Origin: Puccinia triticina
Taxonomy: Eukaryota
Assembly (NCBI GenBank): GCA_026914245.1
Contig: CP110439.1
Location: 496,001 to 560,000 of the forward strand
Reading direction: 5' to 3'
Length of the DNA: 64,000 bases
A program made the translations under genes and the position numbers. Numbering within the stretch: the first letter of the stretch is position 1; every line of letters begins with the position of its first letter. Under the pieces are notes generated by a model that saw nothing but the letters and a program-made list of their open reading frames with translations, was not told the origin of the DNA and made no database searches. Shown piece after piece: positions 52,231 through 64,000 of this stretch.

Positions 52231-53361
52231 ATGGTTTTCCGAAAATACGATGCTTCAATAAAGGTTGCGACGGTCCGAATGTCCCTTCAAAAGCACTCGC
52301 AATCCTTCATCCGCAATGCTCTTGGCGTGACTGTCTCAAGGCAGTCTTTCAGTCGATGGACCCAGCTTTACCGTGAAACACAGCGAGTGGTACACGATCC
52401 TGAACAGTATGGATCGCGCGGCCAAGTATCTTCATTGACAGCTGAGGATCGCCAGGACATGGTGGAGCTTGTTTGCAACAAACCGGGCCTCTTCCTTGAC
52501 GAGATCCAAGAACGCTTGTGCGATCAAGGCAGTGCACTCCTTGGGATCAATACCGTCCATCAAAATCTTGTCAATAAACTCTGTATCACCTTAAAAAGGC
52601 CGAATACCGTCAACATCTGCAAGAACTATGCGGCTAAATTTCGATGGATTGCCAAAATGAAGAACGTTCCGGCTGAGTTTCTTGTCTTCACCGGTCAGTG
52701 CAGCTCAATAATAAGGTTTTTATGTATCAGTTTTAATCTGATACGTTTGGTCTGATTTCAGATGAGTCAGCAATATGTTCGCGCGACTTGCTACAAAGCT
52801 TTTCCAGGTCCGCCCGAGGCTATCAGGCTTCACGTTACCAGCTTGATTCGAATCTGCCACGCTACAGCTTGATTCCAGCAATTAGCTATGACGGAGTTGT
52901 GGCAATGAGTGTTGCAGAACACACGTTTAAGGCTTGTGACTTCGAGCATTTTTTGAAGTGGAAGGTGGTATGTCTGTTCCTTTGATTCCTCTTACTTGGA
53001 GTTAACTAACAGCATAATTTTCTGCTAGTTACCTCGCATGAACCGTTACCCTGCTGTTAAGTCCATCTTGGTCATGGACAATGCCACAATCCATCGACGA
53101 CCAAGGGTTGCCAGACTCTGCCGCAACGCAGGCGTCAAATTAGTTTATCTCCCCCCGTACTGCCCGGAATTAAATCCGATAGAAGTCTGCTTCTCCCAAG
53201 TAAAGAGTAACCTCCGTCGAACTCAAGCACTTGTCAATGCGATCGATCCGACTTGGGTAATTCGTCAAACAACAAATCAAGTAGTTTCTGCGGCCTTGTG
53301 CCGAGAGCTCTACCGTCATTCCGGCTATCACTGCCCAATCACCAACAAAATTGATAACTGA
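52231..53361 (+). CDS. DD34E transposase (exons 52231-52693, 52762-52967, 53029-53361; 333 aa)
   Basis: N-terminal HTH-like region, FTDES, VMDNATIH, YLPPYCPELNPIE. 34 residues between the second D and E. Spliced frame is open. Confidence 0.9.
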
Positions 53362-54208
53362 GTGCCCTGCCTCTGTTTCTTATTCTATTGCCTATCTATA
53401 CTCAAACCACAAAAAAATTGTATCACATATCCATTAACAAACCACAAAAAAATTTATTTATATTATCTTGGCGAACCTTGCCTTGTTTTTATTCCATGAT
53501 CGATGAACCTCACCTTGTTTTTAAGCCATGATCGAATCCCTTTGCTAAGTTGGCTTGTTTTCTTATCACTGTGTGCCCTGTCTGTGTCTCTCCTACTGAA
53601 TCAAATATGTTCGTGCATGAACCACAATAAAATCAATGTTGTCTCTCTGTGTCTTGCACTCAAATGATATGATCCTTGAACTTGAAATGCGAGATGCACA
53701 AAAATTGGGCTTGTCTGAGAAGCTGAGGATGTCTAACTCGCTCAGAGACTTTCCAACTAAGTCAGATTTGAGTTGGGCTTGTCTGAGAAGCCGAGAGATT
53801 TGTCTCACTTGCTTAGAGATTGTCCGACTCAAGCAGACTTTAGTTCGGACTCGTTTCTCAAAATCAGGGCTATGGCCAGCTGGGCTTGCGACTCGCGACT
53901 CGCTTAGAGAGTCCAAACAGTTGGTGTGTATAATTGCAGGCAAACGCTTTGATTTTAGGACACGAAGCATGTGAGGAAAAAAGGGACTTGATAAATGCAG
54001 CAAGCTGCTGGATTCAGCACAGCCGAGAATGAAAGGGAAAGGAGGCAAGCAACATCAGACCAGGGAGAATAACAGGCAGCAGGACAGAGACTAACAGGCA
54101 GCACGACAATACAAGGAGAAGAGACACATGGATAGACTCAGATAAATAAGAGATAAGCAAGATATCAATCAGCAGATGAGGAGACATGAACACAACAGGC
54201 TGGACCAA

Positions 54209-55621
54209 TCAGGGATTTTGAGCGAGATGGTTTCGGAATTTGTTAACATTGCTGCGAAGTTTGGATATAACACCCACATTGAAACCAATCGATCTCAACT
54301 CTTCAACTGAGAGGGACTTGAACATTTGATAATTGTCGATATCGTGTTCAAGAAGTGTGGTCAATAACTCCTTGCGCTTGTGAGGAGCAATGCTGACAAA
54401 GACCAAGTAATCGACAAGTTGATCGGGAGTAGCACCATGGACTGAGGAAGGAGGAGAGGCGCGGACATTGCGGGCTTGATGGTTTGCGAACCAGTTCGCA
54501 AATTCAACAAAGGAGTTGTTGCTGGCACCGGCAGAGGTTTCTTTGGATAACTTTGACTTGGCTTTGCCCTTGCGGGTCTTGTACTTGAGCGAGCTTGGGG
54601 GTGAAGTCAGACTGACTCCAGCAACGCGAGAACACTGTCAAGTATGATCAAAACCATCAACATCGAGATGATGAAGGCTGAAAAACAGATATAACTGACC
54701 ATAGCTTTGGCCCAGATGTCAATGTTGCCAGAAGTAAGTGGGATATAACGGTCTGCGTTGGTGGGATCAGGATAGGCGGGATGGAATCGGTTGTATTCAA
54801 CGTTCATGCCGTACTTTGCGTAGATCTGATCGGTGTAGATGTCCAAGTCTTCGAATTCGACATTGCTGGACTCTCCCTGAGAAAATGTAAGAGTTGAATT
54901 TGTGTTTAGCCACCATGTCACCCTGCATCAAATGAGGCAAGAGAAAGAAGTTACTCACCACATCGCTATCGCCTAAGGCCCTTTGGGATCTTCTTGAAGG
55001 ACCGACTGGACCAAGCTGTCGAGCTTCCATCTGCTTGATCATTTTTGCAACCAAATCTTCTTTGCAAGCGTGGACGGCCGCATTCCGAGGATTGTCCATC
55101 AATATGACAACCCCGCCTTTTGTTTGTTTGGAGGTGTTTATCTCAGTGATCCATTGGTTGAAGGAAAGTTCATCAAACAGGTGATGGGAATTCTTTTTCG
55201 GAAACTTCTTGTTGCTAAGGATATAGACATTCCACGTGATCGTAGACGGTGAGCCAATAGTACCCTCGTGGATGATTTGACCAAGACAGTTGTATTGCTC
55301 ATTGCATTTATCAGCAATCATTTTTTGGAAGCCGGATAGACTGACGTTATCGCGAGTGTTGAAAGTAACAGAAAGCTCGGATTTGGGTCGGACTGCTACC
55401 CAGTTTGTCGCATTGCGTTTGGTTTTCTCGCTACAACAGATAGTAAAATTGACAGCACACTCGAATAACACCGGCGGACCAAGGCCTAACACTCTGAAGC
55501 CTTCGGAAGTGAACATGGGCGGGTTTTGAGGAACCGGGGAAGGAGAGCCATTCGCTGCCAGGTTGATCATTGGAGAGAAGTACGGTGGTAAGCTCGGGTC
55601 ATATAATTCCATGGAAGCCAT
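54209..55621 (-). CDS. Uncharacterised 3-exon protein with C-terminal SAM-like domain
   Basis: Open after removing two GT..AG introns. C-terminus LVDYLVFVSI..LLEHDIDNYQMFKSLSVEELRSIGFNVGVISKLRSNV fits the SAM helical pattern by eye. Confidence 0.65.
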
Positions 55622-55902
55622 TGAGTTGTTGTGGATTATAATGCGATCGAAAGAGGACAAATGAAGAATGCTAATTGGATGATAAATAAAGACCGATTCG
55701 AGTCGAAGATGGATAACTGCTTCTGGGTCCGAAATTCCTTGGATCAGGTCTCTTTAAATATAAAAGACAGAAATTAAAATTGCTCACTTGTTTGTTGAAG
55801 GCATGAGTTTGTGAGTCCAAGATTCTGTCTGTTCAAACAGATCCGAAAGATCTGTTGATTGTTGATGGTGTGCATTAACAAAAGGCTGAAGCAAATAGGA
55901 GC

Positions 55903-56062
55903 AGGGATCGGATGGCGAGCAGTTGAGATGGATCGGATGGCAAGCAGTTGAGCGGGATTGGATGGCGAGCAGTTGAGAGGGATCGGATGGCAAGCAGTCG
56001 AGAGGGATCAGATGATGACCAGTTGAGAGGGATTGGATGACGACCAGTTGAGGGATCAGATG
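55903..56062. repeat. 25-bp tandem repeat, ~6 copies
   Basis: Consensus GGGATCGGATGGCGAGCAGTTGAGA. Confidence 0.9.
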
Positions 56063-57075
56063 CCAACAACCTTGCATGGATCTGAGGTCGGCTGGGTTTG
56101 GAGAGATCGGGCAATGGCCAGTTGAGGGAGGCGGTTGAATATCGTAGGCATGGAGTGTATGATGGGGGGACCGGGAGGCAATGGCGTTGCGGTAGGGAAG
56201 CAGCTGGGGCCGGGCAGGGCCCGGCTGTGGGCAGGACGGAGGTCAAAAAATAAGGTTCCAATAACGGGCTCCGGCATGCTCAGAGCTAAAGTCACACGCT
56301 AAGGTTGGGTGACATGCTGTGAAATGAAAAAAAGAGATGCACAATTTGATTTCTCACGACACTCTGGAAAAAACTCCCAAGTAAAAACCGAGGAAAAAAA
56401 AAACAGTATGTGATGGATGGATGGAATGTCGAGTGCAAAGTCCAAGATTTTCGGGAAAGACAATGTTTATCTCAATTTTGGGAAGGAGAAAAATACGCCG
56501 GAAGGTGGCCAGGCTTCTGATGAGTCTTCGTGTAAATGTACGGGGCGATTACAGAAAGACAGCGGCGTACGGGGAGCTTGGCACAAAAAGGCAAGGATTT
56601 TGGGGATAACTCTCAGGCCAAAAGGACAAGTGCCTCCGACTAGAGGGAGTTAGTTGAGTGGGGGCAAAGGCATGTTTCCACAGGCATCCTCCACGTCTTT
56701 TACATATTTTTTATTTTTCTTTTGGCAGGTTCTCTTGATTAGGAGCTCGCGGGGGTTGGCTTTTGCAGTCGATGGTATTCGGAGCAAAGCTATGTTGTCT
56801 TTAGGACAGAACAGATGGCCAGCTTGCCGATATTGATGAGGTGGTTGAGTTTGTGGTTGATGGTGGGAGTGGTTCTCATGGGATCTCCCAGTGCTGTATG
56901 TATATGGAGCACATGGCGCAGGACGGGCTGATGTTTCGAATCGGCTGCTTTCTTCTTTCTTCGTCTTCTTTTCCTCTTTTTTTTTCGCCCGATGACCTGC
57001 CTATAACCACCCCGGACACCACCACTGCCCAGCCCCAGCCCAGCGAGCGAGGCTCTCGTCGGTCTCCAGAGAGCG

Positions 57076-60000
57076 ATGCTCGCCAGTCCCTCATTCAAAC
57101 TGCTCCTGCTACTCACCACCACCACCACCACCACCACCACCATCGCAACACTCACCAACAACAACAACAACCACACAACCATAGCCAGTAAGCAAAAACG
57201 AACAACAAAAAAAAACAAAAGAAAAACAGAAACTAACTATAACTCACTCACACAGCAAACCCCATCACCATTAATATCCACGCCGAACTCCACAACCCAC
57301 CCCAACAACCCAAACAACAGCCAGAAGACGACCAGCACTCCGAGCACCACATCCCCCAGGATGAAACCACCAACCAGCTCCCCATCCAGAACGGCAATCC
57401 AAGCACCACCAAGCTAACCAGCACGCAGCCAGACAACAGCCAGCCAACTGTCTACCAGATCCCGCCAACCGAACCAGTGCCTGTCCACCACACCCCAAGT
57501 GCCGCCAACAGCTCCACCCTCAGCCCACCCACCACCACCACACCCGAGCAGAACAGCGCTGCCCATCCTTCCAAGCCTCCGGTGTCCTCGGACGACGATC
57601 AGCTGGACTCATTCCTCTCCAAAGACAACCCCACCACCCCCCTCAAGCTCAACAGCACCACGCCTGCCCCAACTACCACCCCCACTACGCCAGAGCCACC
57701 TAAGGACAAGAAGAACGAGCCCGCTCCGGTCCGGTCTACCGACACCCCCGCCTCCGCCGCGCTCCCCAACAGCACCGATGCCGGACTCGCCCAGCCGAAC
57801 ACCCCCGATGGCCTGGCCCCGCCCCTCGCCAAGGATAACATCACCTCGCTCCCCGTCAAGGCCAACAACACCCCGCCGGCTGAAGTAGGGCTCTCCCAGC
57901 CGGACACCACCAGGCAGAAGCCGGACGACAACTCGGCCTCGTTCCTGTCCAAGGATAACGTCACTTCCCTCCCGTTCAAGTTCAACAATACTGGTGGAGC
58001 CACTCAGCCGGACAAGAAAGCTAGCACGGATGATAACTTGGCCCCCTTCCTGGCCAGCGATAACGTCACCTCGTCTTCCCTTCCGTTCAACTTCAACAAC
58101 ACCGGAGCGAATCAGCCGGACAAGAAAACTAGCACGGATGATAACCTGGCCCCCTTCCTGGCCAGCGATAACGTCACCTCGTCTTCCCTTCCGTTCAAGT
58201 ACAACAACACTAGTGCAGCCACTCAGCCGGACAAGAAGACTAGCACGGACGATAACTTGGCCTCGTTCCTGTCCAAGGATAACGTCACTTCCCTCCCGTT
58301 CAAGTTCAACAATACTGGTGGAGCCACTCAGCCGGACAAGAAAGCTAGCACGGATGATAACTTGGCCCCCTTCCTGGCCAGCGATAACGTCACCTCGTCT
58401 TCCCTTCCGTTCAAGTTCAACAACACCGGAGCGAATCAGCCGGACAAGAAAACTAGCACGGATGATAACCTGGCCCCCTTCCTGGCCAGCGATAACGTCA
58501 CCTCGTCTTCCCTTCCGTTCAAGTACAACAACACTAGTGCAGCCACTCAGCCGGACAAGAAGACTAGCACGGACGATAACTTGGCCTCGTTCCTCTCCAA
58601 GGATAACGTTACTTCCCTCCCCTTCAAGTTCAACAACACTAGTGCAGCCACTCAGCCGGACAAGGAAACTAGCACGGATGATAACTTGGCCCCCTTCCTG
58701 GCCAGCGATAACGTTACGACGTCTTCCCTTCCGTTCAAGTTCAACAACACTGGGGCCGCTCAGCCGGACAAGAAGACTGGCACAGACGAAAACTTGGCTC
58801 CCTTCTTGTCCAGCGATAACGTCACCTCGTCCTCCCTTCCGTTCAAGTTCAACAACACCGGAGCCGCTCAGCCGGACAAGAAGACTAGCACGGACGATAA
58901 CTTGGCCTCGTTCCTCTCCAAGGATAACGTTACTTCCCTCCCCTTCAAGTTTAACAACACAGGAGCCGCCCAGCCGGACAAGAAGACTGGCACAGACGAA
59001 AACTTGGCTCCCTTCTTGTCCAGCGATAACGTCACCTCGTCCTCCCTTCCCTTCCATTTCAACAATACCGGAGCCGCTCAGCCGGACAAGAAGACTATTA
59101 CGGACGATAACCTGGCCTCGTTCTTGTCCAAAGATAACGTTACTTCCCTCCCGTTCAAGTTTAATAGCACTAGTCCTGTCGATCCGGACAAGAAAACTGG
59201 CACGGATGACAACTTGGCATCGTTTTTGTCCAAGGATAACGTCACTTCCCTCCCGTTCAAGTTCAACAATACTGGAGCAAATCAGCCGAACAAGGAGCCG
59301 AATACGGCAGATAACTTGGCCTCGTTCTTGTCCAAAGATAACGTTACTTCCCTCCCGTTCAAGTTCAACAACACCGACGTCGGGGCTGCCCTGACATCAT
59401 CCAAGTTGAACTCAACCGACGACGATAAACTCAACCAGCCTTCGTCGTTGATGAATGCGACGCTAACTTCGGCTCCGTTCAAATATAACACGACCGGCGG
59501 TGGCACTCTCGACCAGGCTAATGCCACTCTACTCTCTCTTCCCATCACGGCTGACCACAACGCTACTGGTGTGGCTCATCTGAACGGCAGCGAGTCTGGA
59601 ACCAGCTTGACCGCAATCGGTCTAGATGCGGATAAAACCAACGCCACCTTGGCATCCAACACCTTCCAGCTCAACTCGACCGCGGGCACCCTGCTCCAGA
59701 ACAATGTCTCTACGGACAACGCCGTCCTGTCATCGCCCCCGTTCAAGTACAACAGCACTACTCTCAACTCTGCAGCAGATGCTAACAGCACCAATACCAC
59801 CACCGCCACACCTGCGTATACTCCTAGCGAACACAGCAAGCCTGCACCAGCCTTTGTTCCCGTCACCTCCCTGTTCACTAACCCACGCCCGGCCGAGCCA
59901 GTCAATACAACGACCGCCGCCCCGGTCGTTGAGAACTCGCTACCTTCTGCTGGTACACCACCCAAGAAAGCCACATCCACCCCCTTCCCGTCCAGCTGGC

Positions 60001-61295
60001 CGCGATACATCGTGCCGACAAATGCACCCAGCTCGGCGCCTGCGAACTCGACACTGATCTCGATCCTGTTCACCGATGCGCTCAACTGGCCCTGGATGGT
60101 CACCAACTCCAACGCCTCCTCCCAGGTGCTCGTCTTCATGCCCGAGTTGATCGCGGCAACCCTGCAGATCCCTGAGGACCAGGTGGTGACCCAGTCCTTG
60201 CAAGCCTACCAGCCCGCTAACTTCAATCCGAGTAACGAGGCCAGCATGCTGACCCTCTGGCTAGGCTACATTCCTAGCCAGTACGTCGGCCAGCTGCAGG
60301 CCATGATCCACGCTCCGCAGAGTCGCTTTTACACCAACGCCAACTCGGTCTTGAGGGCCTTGGCCCAAACTGTCAACCCTTCGCTACCTATCTCGTAAGC
60401 TTCTTATTTGTCTTGGATGTGAACGAGAGAGAGAGAGAGACAGAGAGAAAAGGTATTGACGTTTCGTCTACTGTCATGCGATCTGTATAGGACGTATGAG
60501 AAGAAGATCCCCGCGAGTCAAGCGGCAGTGAACCCGACGGCCACCGATGAAGGGGATGCGCCGGCGACGAACCAAGGGCAAAAGATAGCGGTGATAGCAT
60601 CAGTGACGACGTGTGGAGCTGCGATCCTTGCGATCGGGCTAGTGATAGCGGCGCGGCAGTCGCGGCGACGGATGGTGGGACGGTCCCAACCGGGCTCGTC
60701 GTCGAGTCTGCGGATCGGGGCGCCGATGATCGGCAGTTTCCAGCGCGGACAGGACGGCCGGCCGGTTCCGAACCGGCACGCCTCGATGACCCAGGTCTCC
60801 TCGGCCCTGCCCGTCTCGCCTCACATGGGCGGAGGAGGAGGAGGCAGCTCGGAGACGGACTCGTACGTCCGGCACGAGTTCGGCCAGGCTAGGACCACCT
60901 CGCTTATCCAGCACCCCTTCCAGAGCTCGGCGGATAGTCGGATCAGCTGGTGGGGCAGGATGAGCGGCATCCTTGGTGGCGGTGCTGGGGCTTCCCAGTC
61001 TCGCCACGAGGACCATTCCGGGAACGCCGACCACACTAACCTCTCCTTCGAGTCCGCCGTCGACGCCTTCCATTCCCCGCCCTCCCCCGCTGCTCACCCC
61101 CCCTCTCAGCGTCACAACCCTCATTCGAGGAGAGTCCAGATCACTCGCGGGGCTGATGGACTTGTCTCCGGCATCGGCAGACCCGTCATGAAGGTCCGTC
61201 TCTCTCTCTCTCGCTCGCTCTACCACTCCCTCTCCTCATCCTTGTTTCTTTCTTTCGGCCCCGTTCTTCTCCAGGAAAACTCGCTGTTCTTTTAA
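57076..61295 (+). CDS. MSB2: Msb2/Hkr1-like signalling mucin (exons 57076-57187, 57256-60394, 60491-61193, 61275-61295; ~1324 aa)
   Basis: Short hydrophobic N-terminus, long S/T/N-rich ectodomain, HMH-like domain (LISILFTDALNWPWMV.NS..SSQVLVFMP), one TM helix followed by RQSRRR, and spliced C-terminus IGRPVMKENSL resembling the Msb2 tail. Orthology is inferred. Confidence 0.8.
57924..59375 (+). repeat. Coding tandem repeat, 14 units of 34-37 codons
   Basis: DDNLA(S/P)FL(SK/AS)DNVTS(SS)LPFKFNNT..QPDKKTST. Confidence 0.95.
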
Positions 61296-63476
61296 GCGGT
61301 GCAGGCCCGAAGATCTCGTTTCCTTTCCACGCAACCCAAACACCAGCCACACATGCAACACGCACACAGCCACGCTCATTTACATAGATATCTGAAACAT
61401 ATCCTTTCTCTCTCTCTCTCGAGTCTCTCTCACGATATCTTCACACACATACGCTCCTTGGCCTCTCTCCATCATCCACACTCCTTGCTTATACCCTCAT
61501 GCTAGTTTATCTTATACCCTGGGCAACAAATCGACCTGTCGATGCACACCTCTCCCCTTTCCATCGGCCCTTTTCCCGCCCTCTATCCCCACCCCGAACT
61601 CTCTTTCTCTCCTTACTTCCTTCTAATCCTTTCTATCACACTGTTCCTGCTCTTTCATTGAAATCATCACCGTCCTCTTCTCTCTCTCTCTCCACACACA
61701 CACACATATATATTCTTATTTTGTTCTTTGTCCGAAGAGAACAGAACTCCGTCTCTCTGTCTCTCTTCCCTCCCCTTTCATCCTTCGGAGTCGTGGTTTT
61801 TGTTTTTTTTATATATGTGGAGGTTTTTGTTTGTTTGTTTGTTTTCAAAGGAGTAGTATATTTGGTCTATGTTTTCTTTCTTTCTTCCTCGTTTTCCTTT
61901 CCTCGTTTATAAACTAGTAGTACGCGGCATCATGACACACATATACAAACAAGTACGGTTGGTCGGCCCGTCGGAGCGTGGTGGATGTAGGTGTAATTAG
62001 TCATCGGTAGTTTCCCACACACACCCTTATACTTATATATATACAATACAATACAACACACACTGGTATACAACACATATAGATACACCCGTCATCGTCT
62101 CTTTGAATACCCCGCCCCTCCCCCCAGTCTTTGGAGAATTCAGTCACCCGGTTGATGGAACTTTCGGCCCCCAACAAAGCGCCCAACCATCCTCTTTCTT
62201 CCCGGCTTCTCTCCTCTCTTCTCTCTCTCTCTCTCTCTCTTTTTGGCAAAGTAGCACGATTTGTTTGATGTTCGGGTTTTTTTTTGTTTCAGTGGTAAAT
62301 GATTGGTCGAAAGCTTAATGTGTTCTCTCTTCTCTGTTTATATACGTACATAAACTTCCATACACGAAAAAAAAAACCCAAAAAATATATGTGTTATGTG
62401 CTTTCTTGACGCTCTTTTAGATACAATTATGGCACACAAACACTCTTGGAATTATTTATTTCTGTCTTTTTCTTCTTCTTGATGATGAGGGTGGTGGTGG
62501 TGGTGAAGACAGACACGTGGGGTTGTGTGGGGCCGACCATGAGAGGAGTGCCCGCGGAGAGAGACGAGCGTGCCGATGATCTTGCTCCGTAGTTGGCATA
62601 CACACCGGGACGATTGGGGCGCCCCCCGATCGTCCGGCCTGCTGGCGCCACCGTGGCCCTGCAAGTGAATCGCGCCCACGTGGCGCTGGAACCCGCAATG
62701 CCGGCCCGGCGTCGGACATAGGCGCCCCGGAAACGCCCCCAGATGGGCGCCTCGGGGACGCCCAGGGGGGGGTGGCGCCTCATCTGAGTCTGCAATCAAA
62801 ACGCCTGGCCCCGGCAGGCTCCTGGCGTCCTGCGCGCGGGGGCCATGGCGGTCATGATGACTGTTCCCTGATGACGTGCGATGGCCTTTTGGGGGTCGCC
62901 TGGTGGGCTCTCATCCCAACGCCTTCGGGGACGAGGGCGTGCCGCACAGGCGTGGAAAATTTCCCGTCCCCTAGGTCGTCCGGGTGGGTGTTTGGCAGGC
63001 GCCGAGGGCTCCTGCTGGCTTGGCTGGTTGGCGACGACCTTGAGGGCGCGTAGAGGTACAATCGCAGGCCCTCGGCTGGGCGACTCAGTGGGCGACTAAC
63101 TGTCTGCCCGTGAGCCGTCACCCGCATCCGCAGGTGGGACGATGGGCAGGGGGGGGGGTCTCTCATGCCGTGGCTCGAATCCGATGCACGCGATGCCTGG
63201 CGCCCGCAGACGATCGGAGAGGTGGCGCGAGGATAGCACTGAGCGGCGGCGTGGCCCGAAATGAGGCCGAGAGGGCCTGTTCACGCCTCAACAAATGGTG
63301 GGGGGGGGTCTCACGGTGATGCTCAGGGGGCTCATAGGGATTCCGAGTAATCCGATGCATTTTTCTGGTGACGCAAGGATAGTTACAACGGGGGGAGAGG
63401 AAGGAAATAATACTGAATAGGGCCCATGGGCAGGGAAACAGGGGAGGGGAAGGGGGAATGAGCGGCGGATCACAGG

Positions 63477-63660
63477 TTACACCGAGTGTGCAGAGATATC
63501 TTCCTGCGCGCGCGGTGCCGGCGCGGCGGCGATGGGGTTGGCTGATCTTGCCCTGCTCATAGCTTGGTGTCGCTCAACATTCAGTTTATGTGACTCGGTG
63601 CGGATATGGCGGCGCCAGTCCTTTGTCCCCCTCGCCAAACTGCATAGCTTGCAGTAATAG
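63477..63660 (-). other. Zinc-finger-like coding fragment, probably transposon-derived
   Basis: YYCKLC..WRRHIRTESH (C2H2/U1-like spacing) in a GC-rich block. No complete gene model. Confidence 0.35.
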
Positions 63661-64000
63661 GGGGGTTCACATTGCAAAAGAAGCAATGCTGATTTCGTCT
63701 GCTCATGCACCTGTGAGTAAGGTTTATGCCTTGCAGATTGCTTCCAAAGGGGAGCTGCCCAGCCAAACCTTTTTGCTTTCTCACAATTTTCAAAAGCTGC
63801 ATCTGCTGGTTTTGGTTGCTGATTTTCGAAATCAGCCTTACGTGAACCCCCCTAATAGACACCTTCCTCGTAGGTGAACTCTAAAGGAGGGGGACACAAA
63901 GAAAAATTCAGTGCAATTTCTGTCAAGATCACGCAGAGCGGCGGGCGTTGCATGCAAACCTACCGTCGCGGGGATCCATGGCCTTTGCGTGGTCGAAAGT

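Larger units (their letters stand above)
51940..56467. mobile_element. Tc1/mariner (IS630-like) element, ~4.5 kb, carrying two convergent genes
   Basis: Imperfect TIRs (21/26 matches: CATATTGTCTTTACCATAAATCTTGG vs AACATTGTCTTTCCCGAAAATCTTGG), each abutting TA (51938-51939, 56468-56469). Confidence 0.7.

Noticed and set aside
57609..59394. Long alternative-frame and antisense ORFs (482 aa, 466 aa)
   Set aside because: Shadows of the stop-poor tandem repeat in the mucin gene.

Overview
Eukaryotic, intron-containing, transposon-dense fungal DNA. Gene style and TE families fit a rust fungus (Pucciniales); this is inferred, not verified. Four apparently intact host genes: ATP synthase subunit j (ATP18), an importin-13-like karyopherin, a CAP/PR-1 protein and an Msb2-like signalling mucin with 14 N-glycosylation-rich repeats. 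There is also a DHHC palmitoyltransferase relic. The rest is layered mobile DNA: a dead LINE split by an apparently intact hAT, a Copia with identical 100-bp LTRs inside a PIF/Harbinger remnant, a 638-bp TRIM, solo LTRs, several MITE families and a Helitron 3' end. The most unusual items are a 4.5-kb TA-flanked Tc1/IS630-type element carrying a second intact spliced gene with a SAM-like C-terminus, and a Copia primer site that may use a half tRNA-Lys. All boundaries and splice models were read by eye; no database searches were run.
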